The position numbers and the translations under genes were made by a program. Under the pieces are notes generated by a model, which saw only the letters and a program-made list of their open reading frames with translations, did no database searches and was not told the origin of the DNA. This document shows, piece by piece, positions 28,513 to 37,988 of a stretch of 64,000 nucleotides of DNA; position 1 is the first letter of the stretch; each line of letters begins with the position of its first letter. The stretch is from IMG/VR virus record IMGVR_UViG_3300047564_002270, positions 95,420 to 159,419 of that record; one strand, given 5' to 3'. This DNA comes from a virus.

Positions 28513-28820
28513 TTGGATTGATTGCTGGTCTTGCATGTGGCGTAGCTACATATTATGGTGTAGGAGATGGTTTTCATGGGCAAATCACCGCTAACGGCGA
28601 ACGGTTTGATGCTTATCGTTGGACTGCAGCTCATCCTTATCTACCTATGGGGACACGCATCAAGGTAACAAATCAAGATAATCTCAAACAAGTTATTGTG
28701 AGAGTAAATGATCGAGGACCTTATTCTCACGCGGATCTTGACCTAAGTTATGCTGCCTTTGCACATATTGCCTCCACAAGTAAAGGTAATGCCACTGTGT
28801 GTTGGAGGGTCGTGGGATGA
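28509..28820 (+). CDS. rlpA: RlpA-like (DPBB) lytic transglycosylase
   Basis: ATYYG..DGFHG..TANGERFD....TAAHP.LP.GT..KVTN...VIVRVNDRGPY...DLDLS. Confidence 0.88.
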   Translation: MIGLIAGLACGVATYYGVGDGFHGQITANGERFDAYRWTAAHPYLPMGTRIKVTNQDNLKQVIVRVNDRGPYSHADLDLSYAAFAHIASTSKGNATVCWRVVG

Positions 28821-28993
28821 AAGTCACGGAGCATAATATACACGAAACTGATCTAGATCTCACTGATATCACTGAATTAATTCGTCTCTGTAAGGAAGAA
28901 TCTATAAAGCATCAGGGGGATAGGGAAACTCTCTTGTATTATGGGGCATTGATTGGAAAGTTAGTTTGCATTCGACACGATTTAATCTCTTAA
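28817..28993 (+). CDS. hypothetical protein
   Basis: ATGA-coupled ORF. Confidence 0.5.
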   Translation: MKVTEHNIHETDLDLTDITELIRLCKEESIKHQGDRETLLYYGALIGKLVCIRHDLIS

Positions 28994-29032
28994 TAAAAGT
29001 TTATTAAATAGTAGTGAATTGAGGAAGAAGTT

Positions 29033-29218
29033 ATGGTTGTATTACTATCAACAACTATTATTACTTGTTCTCAGGCAATGAATATTATTCAACGCCTTAC
29101 TAATGTAGTAGGATTAACTGAATCTCAAAAAACTGAAATTATTCAGGAGGTTCGTAAGACTATTCCTTATTGTCCCATTAAAATAGTAGAAGATGACGCA
29201 AGAAACACAAGAAGATAA
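29033..29218 (+). CDS. hypothetical protein
   Basis: 61 aa ORF; GAGG SD; TAAATA upstream. Confidence 0.6.
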   Translation: MVVLLSTTIITCSQAMNIIQRLTNVVGLTESQKTEIIQEVRKTIPYCPIKIVEDDARNTRR

Positions 29219-29395
29219 ATGGAACCGTGGACTTACTCTATTTGAGGAAAGTGTATTGAAACCAGATCCTGAACTTCGTCAATGTGCTCATAATCAAAAA
29301 TGTTACAACGAACTCATGCAAGTTCGTGATAATGTGTTAGAATACTTAAAGACAATAAGAAAATAAATATTGTAAAATTATATGGAAAACCGAAG

Positions 29396-29716
29396 ATGCT
29401 ATCAACACAATATCGGTTGAGACTTGAAGAAATTTGTGATCGTATCGCAAGACGCGAACCTGTTGGATTGGAAGATATGATCTGGGCAGAAAAACTTGCG
29501 AAAGCAAATCGTTCTGCTGCTACTATTCTTCGTCAAGCAAGAAGAAAAGCAGAAAATCCTAATATGGTTGAGGGGGGTATGGATGACTTTCTCAATCAAT
29601 TAGATATTGGTGGGTTTGGTAATGAGAGATTTGGTAAAAGAGGATTTGATAGTGTTGATGATATGATTGATTGGTGGACTGAAGATAAACCTGAGGATTG
29701 GAGGCAAAGAGATTGA
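29396..29716 (+). CDS. conserved cyanophage hypothetical protein
   Basis: MLSTQYRLRLE...WRQRD. Confidence 0.7.
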   Translation: MLSTQYRLRLEEICDRIARREPVGLEDMIWAEKLAKANRSAATILRQARRKAENPNMVEGGMDDFLNQLDIGGFGNERFGKRGFDSVDDMIDWWTEDKPEDWRQRD

Positions 29717-29952
29717 TGAAAGCTGTATTGTATTCTAAAGAAAACTGCCAGGAATGTGATAGGGCAAGATCTCTTTTAGAAAGCTTAGGAGTTTCTCATT
29801 TAGAGTATAAACTTGGAAGTGATTATAATGAGAAACAGTTTCGTGCCGAGTTTGGTAGTAATGCTCAGTTTCCTCAGGTTGCAATTGATTATAAGCACAT
29901 AGGAAGTCTTAAAGAAACTCTTCAATATCTCAAAGTAGTAGGAGTAATATGA
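29716..29952 (+). CDS. glutaredoxin-like protein
   Basis: YSKENCQECDRA (CxxC), FPQV....HIG. Confidence 0.8.
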   Translation: MKAVLYSKENCQECDRARSLLESLGVSHLEYKLGSDYNEKQFRAEFGSNAQFPQVAIDYKHIGSLKETLQYLKVVGVI

Positions 29953-30422
29953 GCGAAGTTCAATTTAAAAAGCATAGAGTATTCCGCGAAACGGATGCTG
30001 TTGTTTTCTACGATATTTCTGTAGAAGACTCTAATGCACAAGATCTTGTAGTTCATACTGGTCCTGCTATTTCTCCTCCCGACGATATTGTAGGGGCAAA
30101 ACAATTTTATATTCACCATCACCAGGTAGATCACAATCGTGTTCTATCTGGTCTTCGCACATTTGAATTGGTAAATCTGGAATGGAGATATCCTTATCAC
30201 ATTGTGCATCTTAATCGCACATCTGGTGCTCTTGTAATTCCTAAGATGACCTTCCATCGTTCATATTCTGGACCTGATGGATCCATTGTGATTAATCAGG
30301 CAATTCGTGATGATGAATTTAATCCAGAAACAGAATTTGTTCCAGTTTCTGCCGCTAAAAATAAAGATCTTTATCATATACTTGCACACGAAAAACCAGT
30401 CATTCATACTCTAGGAGAATGA
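29949..30422 (+). CDS. RmlC-like cupin-fold protein
   Basis: YIHHHQVD...GLRTFELV...LVIP..TFH cupin-like His pattern. Confidence 0.55.
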   Translation: MSEVQFKKHRVFRETDAVVFYDISVEDSNAQDLVVHTGPAISPPDDIVGAKQFYIHHHQVDHNRVLSGLRTFELVNLEWRYPYHIVHLNRTSGALVIPKMTFHRSYSGPDGSIVINQAIRDDEFNPETEFVPVSAAKNKDLYHILAHEKPVIHTLGE

Positions 30423-30610
30423 AACAAGCAGTTATTCTTTCACTCTGTTTTCTTCCTCTTGCAATCATCTATGTGATTATGAAAGTTTCGTTATGGTTGT
30501 CTAGTAGTGTATCAGAAATCAAGTATGTAAAGGACGATGCAAAACGACCACACGGACCCTACTTGGAAAACCCATATGGAGATGTTGACGAAGAGAATGA
30601 AGAAGATTGA
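30419..30610 (+). CDS. small membrane protein
   Basis: N-terminal hydrophobic helix, acidic tail. Confidence 0.6.
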   Translation: MKQAVILSLCFLPLAIIYVIMKVSLWLSSSVSEIKYVKDDAKRPHGPYLENPYGDVDEENEED

Positions 30611-30743
30611 AATTGCTGATAAGATTGACGAAGCAATCTGGAAATGGTATTTTGAACACGGTAAAGAAGTTCCGAACTGGAAAATGCAAAAGGACCCACA
30701 GTGGTGGATTGATTACCTAGCATCACTTGACGAGGGACAATAA
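30597..30743 (+). CDS. hypothetical protein
   Basis: ORF, start shortened to MKKIEI. Confidence 0.55.
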   Translation: MKKIEIADKIDEAIWKWYFEHGKEVPNWKMQKDPQWWIDYLASLDEGQ

Positions 30744-30776
30744 ATATCCTATAATCATTGCATATATCTTTTGATT

Positions 30777-30977
30777 ATGGACTACAAACCTTATTCCACA
30801 GAGTGGAGCAGAAAGAGATACTTGGCAGAAGCAATTCAGAAGTATTTCGATGACGATGCTTCTGTAGAGGTTGTGCTTGATGACATTGTTGATGTTCTTG
30901 AAGTTAATGCACTGGAGTATAGAACTCGTGCAGAAAAGTTTCAAGAAGTTTTAGATGGTCTTAAAGGGTTAAGTTAG
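30777..30977 (+). CDS. hypothetical protein
   Basis: ORF behind TTGACG-17-TATAAT (30727-30755). Confidence 0.65.
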   Translation: MDYKPYSTEWSRKRYLAEAIQKYFDDDASVEVVLDDIVDVLEVNALEYRTRAEKFQEVLDGLKGLS

Positions 30978-30979
30978 TA

Positions 30980-31438
30980 ATGGAATTTACAATTTTACAT
31001 CATTCGTATCGGTTTAAAACAACTTCTGATGATAATAAGTATGGTAAATGGGATTACATTGTTTATAATTTAGTATTCACCGCACACGACCACTACTTTA
31101 AGGGGATGTGTCTTGATTTGTCTGCGGAATGGAAAAGAGTCTTAGTTGCTAAAGATAAAGATAAAGCAGATGAGTATCTTTTAAAAAGCATTGAAGAACA
31201 CTCTGATGCAGAAAGAAATAAAATCTTTTTCAAGGCTTGGGAATATCAATCCCCACATCTTGTTTATAATGAGAAGTTTGATGTCTTTCAACTAAGAGAC
31301 TACATTCAAGATAATCCTGCCACCAGAGGGACTATCGCATATATAGAAGACCTAAAACGGGGAATTACTTACGGACACTTTGCTCCTTATAGTTCCTTAT
31401 ATTCTTGTGTCTACAACTTACAATACTGGTGGGATTAA
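30980..31438 (+). CDS. hypothetical protein
   Basis: 152 aa ORF. Confidence 0.65.
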   Translation: MEFTILHHSYRFKTTSDDNKYGKWDYIVYNLVFTAHDHYFKGMCLDLSAEWKRVLVAKDKDKADEYLLKSIEEHSDAERNKIFFKAWEYQSPHLVYNEKFDVFQLRDYIQDNPATRGTIAYIEDLKRGITYGHFAPYSSLYSCVYNLQYWWD

Positions 31439-31677
31439 TGGATAATTTTCAAATATCTTTGCTGCTTATATTTGGAATTATTTTTTATATGGTCATTGTT
31501 GACCAAAACGTAGCAGATTTTATAAATCTGTTGGCAAAAGTATTCAAGAACGAAGTTTCTAAAAGAATTTGGATGATTAAGTATCACCCCCGTAATCCAA
31601 TTACTAACTTGATTAAAAGGCGGGAGTATGCTAAAATTGCAGAAGAATTATTAAAAGAATATAATATTCGGGAGTAA
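31438..31677 (+). CDS. small membrane protein
   Basis: TAATG overlap; N-terminal TM helix. Confidence 0.6.
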   Translation: MDNFQISLLLIFGIIFYMVIVDQNVADFINLLAKVFKNEVSKRIWMIKYHPRNPITNLIKRREYAKIAEELLKEYNIRE

Positions 31678-31683
31678 ATTCAA

Positions 31684-31914
31684 ATGACACTCGCAAAACC
31701 AGTAGAAGAATCACTCAAAGAAGCTGAAGCAAGTCTAAGAAATGCTCTTTCTTTTGCTGCTCGATCTGAACGTCCTATGGTGACTTCTGTGATTGCAAAT
31801 CTAATTCAACGTATTGATACTTTAATTTCAACGGACGCACTTCTTGATAAACTTGAAACAAGAAAACCTGGTGATAAAGGTGTTTGGAATGATTTTTTCA
31901 TTGATCCTGATTGA
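31684..31914 (+). CDS. hypothetical protein
   Basis: 76 aa; SLRNALSFAAR.E.P. Confidence 0.65.
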   Translation: MTLAKPVEESLKEAEASLRNALSFAARSERPMVTSVIANLIQRIDTLISTDALLDKLETRKPGDKGVWNDFFIDPD

Positions 31915-31999
31915 TCATTAAGTTTCATTACTCAACTCTTAAAACAATATTAAGAAATACAACTTTTCCTCTATATAATGTTAGGATATTCAAACAAAC

Positions 32000-32212
32000 A
32001 TGTCCAAAATGAATATGACACAAGAAGAGTGGAAAGAGCTGAATGATCTACGAGCAGCAATTTCACAGTATCCTGCATCAGTCGTTCCAGAAAAGCAGGA
32101 AAGATTTACAGAACTTCTTGTTAAGAGTTGGGAATATATCGACACGGTTCCAAGCCCAGACGGTTCTATAACTGTCACAAGACCTGGTAAAACCGCCAAA
32201 GGGGTAGTATAA
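32000..32212 (+). CDS. hypothetical protein
   Basis: ORF behind TATAAT and phased TTAA repeats. Confidence 0.6.
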   Translation: MSKMNMTQEEWKELNDLRAAISQYPASVVPEKQERFTELLVKSWEYIDTVPSPDGSITVTRPGKTAKGVV

Positions 32213-32213
32213 T
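32156..32213 (+). promoter_or_regulatory. promoter cassette copy 4
   Basis: CCAGACGGTT-CTAT-AACTGTCACA, TATAAT 28 nt later. Confidence 0.6.
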
Positions 32214-32236
32214 ACTTTCAGTTCAATAAAAGATCA

Positions 32237-32707
32237 ATGCCTCAATATCGTGCCGACGTCTGGTTGGGTTCCTCCTCTGGACGTCAAGAAATCACCGTAA
32301 GTTCTAATACCAGTTATGGTGCTAAAGAACAGATTATGAACATCTACGGTGTCGAGGACAATGACATTCGCAATCTTCATCAAGTAAGTGGTGGTGGTTC
32401 TTCTGGTGGAACTTCTATCGAAGGTGGTGGATGGTTGATTGGATTATTTGGAGTTCTTGCTCTCTGGTATTTTCTGACCCCTTGGGTTGCTATGCTTGCT
32501 GGAGGTGCTGGTGCTACTTGGGTAGCAGAGAAACTCTGTGGAACCTCACTTGAAGGTGCCTGTGATAATGACAACAATAAGGCACTGGCAATTATTCTTG
32601 CTTCTGCTCTGACTGTAGGTGGAGTTGGTTTTGCTCAAGGATCCAAATGGCAGCAACAAATGCAAACAGAAGAAGCAGTTCCTGCTCAGGTTCAAAAAGC
32701 ACAATAG
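32237..32707 (+). CDS. membrane protein
   Basis: Soluble N-terminus, Gly linker, 2-3 hydrophobic segments. Confidence 0.7.
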   Translation: MPQYRADVWLGSSSGRQEITVSSNTSYGAKEQIMNIYGVEDNDIRNLHQVSGGGSSGGTSIEGGGWLIGLFGVLALWYFLTPWVAMLAGGAGATWVAEKLCGTSLEGACDNDNNKALAIILASALTVGGVGFAQGSKWQQQMQTEEAVPAQVQKAQ

Positions 32708-32729
32708 ATAGTTAAAATGAATAAGGTCG

Positions 32730-33206
32730 ATGAATTACTTAGAAATACAACCATATCAAACAATACTTGTATTAAATGCAAGTTACGAGCCAATTAATTT
32801 TACTAATTGGAAAAGGGCAGTTGTTCTCATTCTAAAAGAGAAAGCTCAGGTTCTATCTTCACGAGTAATTCGTCTCCTTGATTATATTAAACTTCCTGTA
32901 AAACGTTATGGCATTACCAAACCATCACGTTCTATGATATACAAAAGAGACGACCATACCTGCCAATATTGTGGTTCAACCAAAAAATTGACAATTGATC
33001 ACGTTCTTCCAAGATCGCGTGGTGGTCAAGATACTTGGGAAAATATGGTGGTTGCCTGCTCTTCTTGTAATACTAAAAAGGGTAATACATTATTGGAGCA
33101 AACTGGAATGAAACTTTTCAGAACTCCTAAACCACCCGCAAATAAAATTCTTCTTTCATTGCATAAATCAAATGTAAATGAATGGAAAGATTATATTTTT
33201 GTTTAA
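32730..33206 (+). CDS. HNH endonuclease (McrA-like)
   Basis: LVLNASYEP...RD.HTCQYCG....LTIDHVLPRSRGG.DTWEN.V.ACSSCN.KK. Confidence 0.9.
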   Translation: MNYLEIQPYQTILVLNASYEPINFTNWKRAVVLILKEKAQVLSSRVIRLLDYIKLPVKRYGITKPSRSMIYKRDDHTCQYCGSTKKLTIDHVLPRSRGGQDTWENMVVACSSCNTKKGNTLLEQTGMKLFRTPKPPANKILLSLHKSNVNEWKDYIFV

Positions 33207-33233
33207 TGTGCTGCGCAAATTTATTGATTAAAT

Positions 33234-34085
33234 ATGAAACCTGTAATTAAGTATCAAGGTGGAAAATCCCGTGAGATTAAATTTATCAAGGAGATTATGC
33301 CACCTTCATATGATAGAATTATCGAACCTTTTTGTGGAGGGGCAGCAGTGTCCTTCCATTTTTCTGCGTCTGCAATGTTGGCAGATATTAACTGGCAAGT
33401 AATTAATCTCTACAAACTTGTTGCAAGTTCACAGTATCCAGATCTTCAGCAATTTGTAGATCAAGTGAAGACATTTGACCATGATAAGTTAGAAGAACTG
33501 TTTTATCGGTCGCGGGATGTCATTAATGACCCTAACTCCCATACTGAATTTGAAAATGCATCCGCATATATTGTTGTAAGACAACTGTGCTTTAGTGGGA
33601 TGGAAAGGTATAGTAGCAAGGGATTATTCAATGTTCCGTTTGGTCACTATAAATCATTTGCCTGCAATCTATCAAAAAATCACCACGATTTCCTTGTAAA
33701 TTGTAAAATATCACACGCTTCATTTGAGCAGTGTTTTAAGGATGATAATGAAAATGATTTTATTTTCATTGACCCACCTTACCTTGATCGTCTTGGATAT
33801 ACAACTGGTGATGGTGGTTTGAGTCTACATAAAGAACTCTTAAGTTGCCTCAAAGCAACACCTGCTAAGTGGATGATCGTTCATTCGGATCACGAGTTCT
33901 ATCGTGAAAACTACAAAGATTATAATATAATGACAAAAGATTTCCTTTATGCTCAGAGATTTGGTAAAGGAAAGAACCACAGTGGGGCAAGTGTGCAGCA
34001 TTTGTATATCACAAACTATGATGCTGTGCCACTTGAGGAACTGGCACAAGACCCCCAGAATGCCCTGGTGGATGCCCTATACTAA
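33234..34085 (+). CDS. dam: Dam-like (D12 class) N6-adenine DNA methyltransferase
   Basis: KYQGGKS, IEPFCGGAAV, FNVPFG, FIDPPY. Confidence 0.85.
   Translation: MKPVIKYQGGKSREIKFIKEIMPPSYDRIIEPFCGGAAVSFHFSASAMLADINWQVINLYKLVASSQYPDLQQFVDQVKTFDHDKLEELFYRSRDVINDPNSHTEFENASAYIVVRQLCFSGMERYSSKGLFNVPFGHYKSFACNLSKNHHDFLVNCKISHASFEQCFKDDNENDFIFIDPPYLDRLGYTTGDGGLSLHKELLSCLKATPAKWMIVHSDHEFYRENYKDYNIMTKDFLYAQRFGKGKNHSGASVQHLYITNYDAVPLEELAQDPQNALVDALY
34025..34083 (+). promoter_or_regulatory. promoter cassette copy 5 (inside the dam 3' end)
   Basis: TGTGCCACTT-GAGG-AACTGGCACA, TATACT 29 nt later. Confidence 0.8.
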
Positions 34086-34109
34086 CAAGGTAATCAACGA
34101 AACGCCCCA

Positions 34110-34496
34110 ATGGCAACCCGCGCTCGCATCGGTCTTGAACTTGCTGATGGATCTGTTCTCTCTGCCTACCACCACTGGGATGGTTATGAGTCCTGGTTGG
34201 GTCGCATCCTGAAGACTCACTACAACAGCAAAGATGCTGCTGCCGAATTGATTGACGGTGGTGATATGTCTGTTGCTTGGAATGATAACAATCAACCCGA
34301 GTATTACAGTGCTCGCGGTGAAGATTGCCCTCCTCGCCTTGATGCTGACCTGTGTGAGTATCTTCTTCCCGATAACAGCGAAGAGTATGCTTATGTCTTC
34401 CGCAACGGTGAGTGGGTGTGCTACAATATGCATCAGTTTGATGATAGCAAACTGCCTGAAATCGTTGAAATCCCTTCTGGAGCACTCGCAGCATGA
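34110..34496 (+). CDS. conserved phage early protein
   Basis: MATRARIG...SAYHHWDGY...LG..L. Confidence 0.75.
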   Translation: MATRARIGLELADGSVLSAYHHWDGYESWLGRILKTHYNSKDAAAELIDGGDMSVAWNDNNQPEYYSARGEDCPPRLDADLCEYLLPDNSEEYAYVFRNGEWVCYNMHQFDDSKLPEIVEIPSGALAA

Positions 34497-34611
34497 TTAC
34501 TACAATTATGGCAGGTTTTGCCTTTGGTTATTGCGTTTGTGATATTTTTATCAATTATTATAAGAACAAACGCGATAATGAACTCTTGAAATCTACAATT
34601 GAAATTGAACG

Positions 34612-34803
34612 ATGAAAACTTCTACTGCTCTTGGTGTTGCTTTTGGTGTTGTAGTCCTTGCTGTTGCTGGTCTCTTCTTTGAGGCATGGTTGCTTGGACT
34701 TATTCTGTCTTGGTTTGGTGTGAATCTGTCATTCTGGCAGAACTTTGCTATCATCTTTCTTGCTAACGCTATTTTCAAAAACACTGGAGTATCTTCTAAA
34801 TGA
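34612..34803 (+). CDS. small two-TM membrane protein
   Basis: Hydrophobic 63 aa ORF. Confidence 0.65.
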   Translation: MKTSTALGVAFGVVVLAVAGLFFEAWLLGLILSWFGVNLSFWQNFAIIFLANAIFKNTGVSSK

Positions 34804-35207
34804 AAAATCAAAACGGATTTATTGACCCTGCTATTGCCCTTGTAGTTGTTGGTGTCTTTGTGGTTGGTGGTCTTATCTTTATTGGTGGTCCACAATACAA
34901 TGTGTGGCAACAATCTCTTGCTGGTAAAGCAGAACTTCAGAAAGCAGAATACACTCGCCAGGTAGCAGTGTTGGAAGCACAAGCAAAGAAAGATAGTGCC
35001 CAACAACTTGCTGATGCTGAGATCATTCGTGCTACTGGTGTTGCCAAAGCAAACCAAATCATCGGTGATAGCCTGAAAGATAATCGTGAGTATCTTCAGT
35101 ATCTGTATATCACTGGTCTGGAAGATGGTAGCAAGAATGGTAACGTGACTATCTACGTTCCTACCGAAGGTGGTATGCCTGTTCCTACACTTCAGATGAA
35201 TAAGTGA
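34800..35207 (+). CDS. membrane-anchored SPFH/band-7-like coiled-coil protein
   Basis: TM helix, then PQYNVWQQ.LAGKAEL...A.GVAKAN.IIG.SL....YL.YL...IYVPTE. Confidence 0.65.
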   Translation: MKNQNGFIDPAIALVVVGVFVVGGLIFIGGPQYNVWQQSLAGKAELQKAEYTRQVAVLEAQAKKDSAQQLADAEIIRATGVAKANQIIGDSLKDNREYLQYLYITGLEDGSKNGNVTIYVPTEGGMPVPTLQMNK

Positions 35208-35216
35208 CATTTTAGG

Positions 35217-35312
35217 AAAAATCGCCATTTTCCCCAGCAGCAGGGGTCCATTGCTCCTGCTGCCTGAAATTTCAAAAAAATCAGGGTTTCCGTTCAGTGC
35301 TGGCCTGGGTTC
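35217..35312 (-). other. conserved ~96-bp non-coding element, copy B (inverted)
   Basis: Reverse complement matches 28002-28098 in motif blocks and spacing. Confidence 0.65.
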
Positions 35313-35361
35313 TCATCGGGACTTTCTTGAGACTGCTTCCTCGCACCTATTCTCCCTGCAA

Positions 35362-35420
35362 AAATCCAGTTGAGCAACTGGCACATAGGGCATTCCAGAG
35401 CACTCTGGGTGCCCTATAAT
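35362..35420 (+). promoter_or_regulatory. promoter cassette copy 6
   Basis: AAATCCAGTT-GAGC-AACTGGCACA; hairpin AGGGCA..CCAGAG/CTCTGG.TGCCCT; TATAAT; CATACAC leader. Confidence 0.8.
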
Positions 35421-35447
35421 ACTTTCATACACAAGGGAACCAACCCG

Positions 35448-35891
35448 ATGAGCACCACGACCTTTGCTGATTATGCTGCCGCTGCTGAGGCACGGAAAGA
35501 CATCGCTACTGCTGTTCTTGGACACACCTATGCTCTCTGTGAGGCACTGCGACAGAACTTTATTGATTACAGCATTCGCAGTCATCAAAAGTTTGTTGAT
35601 GATGCTGACACTCAAGAGTATCACCAGAAGCAGATTGATAAACTGAAGCAAGGTATTTGTGACTATGAGTTCTACCCTGAGACTGGTCGTAAGTATCACA
35701 AAATCATTATGAATGCTGCTGGTTCGCGTTCGGTTCATGCTTTTGTGGATAAGAAGACTGGTGAGGTTTATAAGTCTGCTAGTTGGAAATCTCCTGCCAA
35801 AGGTGTTCGTTATGATCTGCGACTGATAAAGGACCGAGAGTGGTTGCTTGAAAATGCCGATTGGGCAGGTGCTTATCTGTATGCTCGTTGA
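35448..35891 (+). CDS. conserved cyanophage early protein
   Basis: GRKYHKI...SVHAFVDKKTGEVYK.ASWK.PAK.VRY; start moved to the ATG after the promoter. Confidence 0.75.
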   Translation: MSTTTFADYAAAAEARKDIATAVLGHTYALCEALRQNFIDYSIRSHQKFVDDADTQEYHQKQIDKLKQGICDYEFYPETGRKYHKIIMNAAGSRSVHAFVDKKTGEVYKSASWKSPAKGVRYDLRLIKDREWLLENADWAGAYLYAR

Positions 35892-36352
35892 TTAATCTCT
35901 AATTTTGCACTATAATTTCTCTGTTCTCTGCTCTTAATTCCCATGCTTACGAAAAATCGCTTGGTTGTTGACAATCTTCTTTATGAAGAGTTAGTGCTTC
36001 TTCAGCAAATTATGGTTGATATTAATGAGAAAAAAGTTCATCATGAATATGATGCAGAAATTTTTAGCTCACTTTATGAAAAAGTAATGATTGCTTGACA
36101 ATGAAACTAAAGTATTTTCTTGCGGGTTTGGCAGCATTTTCTGTATCAATTGGATGGAATTTATTTCTTATCAAACGTGATGATGCCATGTATAAGGCAT
36201 ATTATCAAAATCAGGCAATCGAAAACCTTAAAAAACCCCCAAGCACTGAAATTAGATGACAACAGTATTAGTTGTATTATTGATTTGGGTTGGTATAACC
36301 ATTCCAATTGCTTTAATCATTGGACGTATTCTTTCTATTAATCCTCGTGACG

Positions 36353-36523
36353 ATGACTGAAGAGATCAAACTTATTCTTGCTAAAATGCAAATTCAAAAT
36401 CTAGTTTCGCTCATTGAGGGTAATGAGTATCAACAGTTTCTTTATTCACGCCTAATTTCAATCGATGTTGAACTTCAAAGGCAATTGACAAATATCCAAC
36501 ACCATTCTAAAATCAAGGAGTAG
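36353..36523 (+). CDS. hypothetical protein
   Basis: ORF whose 3' end contains TTGACA-17-TAAAAT (36485-36513). Confidence 0.55.
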   Translation: MTEEIKLILAKMQIQNLVSLIEGNEYQQFLYSRLISIDVELQRQLTNIQHHSKIKE

Positions 36524-36536
36524 TTTAAAAATAAAA

Positions 36537-36767
36537 ATGAAATATCTTTACATCGTTGATTACTGGGTTCCTTTTCCTTCTTCTGAATATGGTGGTCTCA
36601 TTAACGTAATTGCCGAAAGCGATAATGAGTGTCACGATATTCTAAGGGACACAGATGATTATGATGAACGCTATGAGAGTAAGATTATGGAGCGAGTAGT
36701 TGCTGCTCCTAGATTTGCTCTTTCTACTGAAGAAAACTCCCGCATTGTTGAGTCTTTTACCACCTGA
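36537..36767 (+). CDS. hypothetical protein
   Basis: YWVPFPSSEYGG; AAGGAG SD. Confidence 0.7.
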   Translation: MKYLYIVDYWVPFPSSEYGGLINVIAESDNECHDILRDTDDYDERYESKIMERVVAAPRFALSTEENSRIVESFTT

Positions 36768-36881
36768 TTATGATTGATGCTTTCCTGCACAAATACAAAG
36801 AAAATCAAATCAAAAAAATTCAAGAACTAGAAGAAAAAATCAAGCAACTTCAAGAGGAAATTAGAATTCTTAAAAATTATC

Positions 36882-37178
36882 ATGAAAGAATTTACGATCT
36901 CTAACTTTCCGCACATTCCTCCTAAAGGATACTCTTATGAGTTTGAAGAGTTCAATACTCGTATCATTTCAATCTGGTTACGTTGCCACCGACAATTTGA
37001 TTACAATCTTGGCAAACCAACCAGAACTATTTGGGGGTTTTATTCCCCTAAGAAAAATGAGTATTATTCTCCCATCAATTCTTCAAAAGTGGGGAAGGTA
37101 GTAAATATAAAAGATACTCGAAATTACACTTCAATGTCCATTAAACGAACCGCTCTTGAGGCAGCATTCTATGATTGA
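36882..37178 (+). CDS. hypothetical protein
   Basis: 98 aa ORF. Confidence 0.65.
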   Translation: MKEFTISNFPHIPPKGYSYEFEEFNTRIISIWLRCHRQFDYNLGKPTRTIWGFYSPKKNEYYSPINSSKVGKVVNIKDTRNYTSMSIKRTALEAAFYD

Positions 37179-37353
37179 TCTTTCCCGCCAAGAAATCCTT
37201 ACATACATTGAGGAAACTTATTGTGAAAGGATGACTTATCTTGTAGAAAATTGTAGAATTTTTGATGCAGATGCTTTGCATAGTGAATTTGAAGTTGCTG
37301 AAGATAATGAAGTAGAATGGTTGTTTATTTCTCATATTACTGATGTTTGTTGA
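37171..37353 (+). CDS. hypothetical protein
   Basis: Acidic ORF. Confidence 0.55.
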   Translation: MIDLSRQEILTYIEETYCERMTYLVENCRIFDADALHSEFEVAEDNEVEWLFISHITDVC

Positions 37354-37561
37354 AAATGAAAAAGTAATCTACAAAGAGATGCACGGTGTAATTGCTTTTA
37401 TCTGCTCTTCTTATATTGTTATTGAACTGCCTGCTGCCGATTCTAGTTTAAGGTCACCAAGACTTCTTGTTTTTCCTGAAAACTTTAAAAACATTATTCA
37501 CAAAGATCACACTTCAAAATGAAATACGAAGTTACTTTTCTAAAACCCAAGAAAACAGGAT

Positions 37562-37798
37562 ATGCTAAACAATCTGCAGTCTTTTTTAAGATTGATGACG
37601 CCATCTGGTATGAGACAATTATTAAATCACAAGGAGCAAAGGATATTATCATCTGCCCAAAATAACCGAAAATGCTGTAGGTGCAGTGAAGTTAAATCAC
37701 TGACTTCTGAGAATTTTAAAGAAGTTAAATACTTTAAGTTTGGATATAGTTATTACTGCAATGTCTGCGATGAAGAAATGCGAAAAACAGGGAAATAA
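37562..37798 (+). CDS. putative zinc-finger protein (start uncertain)
   Basis: CCRCSEVK...YCNVC. Confidence 0.45.
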   Translation: MLNNLQSFLRLMTPSGMRQLLNHKEQRILSSAQNNRKCCRCSEVKSLTSENFKEVKYFKFGYSYYCNVCDEEMRKTGK

Positions 37799-37988
37799 TC
37801 TCTGGAGGATAATTGCTAAATCATTGGGTGAAAAATCTGGTAAAAATAACAGGGAAGCGGATAGGATTGCTCTTATCCGTCTTTTTATGTTTTTGAGTAT
37901 TTTGATTACCAACTGCTTTATTGTTGCAGGTGTTATTCGTCATTGGAATGACGATGTTCAAGTTCCTTTAAATTCTACAATAAAATGA
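37770..37988 (+). CDS. small membrane protein
   Basis: WRIIAKSLGEK...EAD.IA.IR plus TM helix. Confidence 0.6.
   Translation: MKKCEKQGNNLWRIIAKSLGEKSGKNNREADRIALIRLFMFLSILITNCFIVAGVIRHWNDDVQVPLNSTIK

Noticed and set aside
34593-35228. Other long minus-strand ORFs (e.g. 34593-35228, 49525-50175, 34009-34494)
   Set aside because: They fully overlap well-supported plus-strand genes and have no recognisable motifs
35370-35447. Upstream starts in the ORF track (26698, 35370, 45317, 59446, 61380 and similar)
   Set aside because: They run through the promoter cassette; the first ATG after the -10/CATACA leader is the more plausible start
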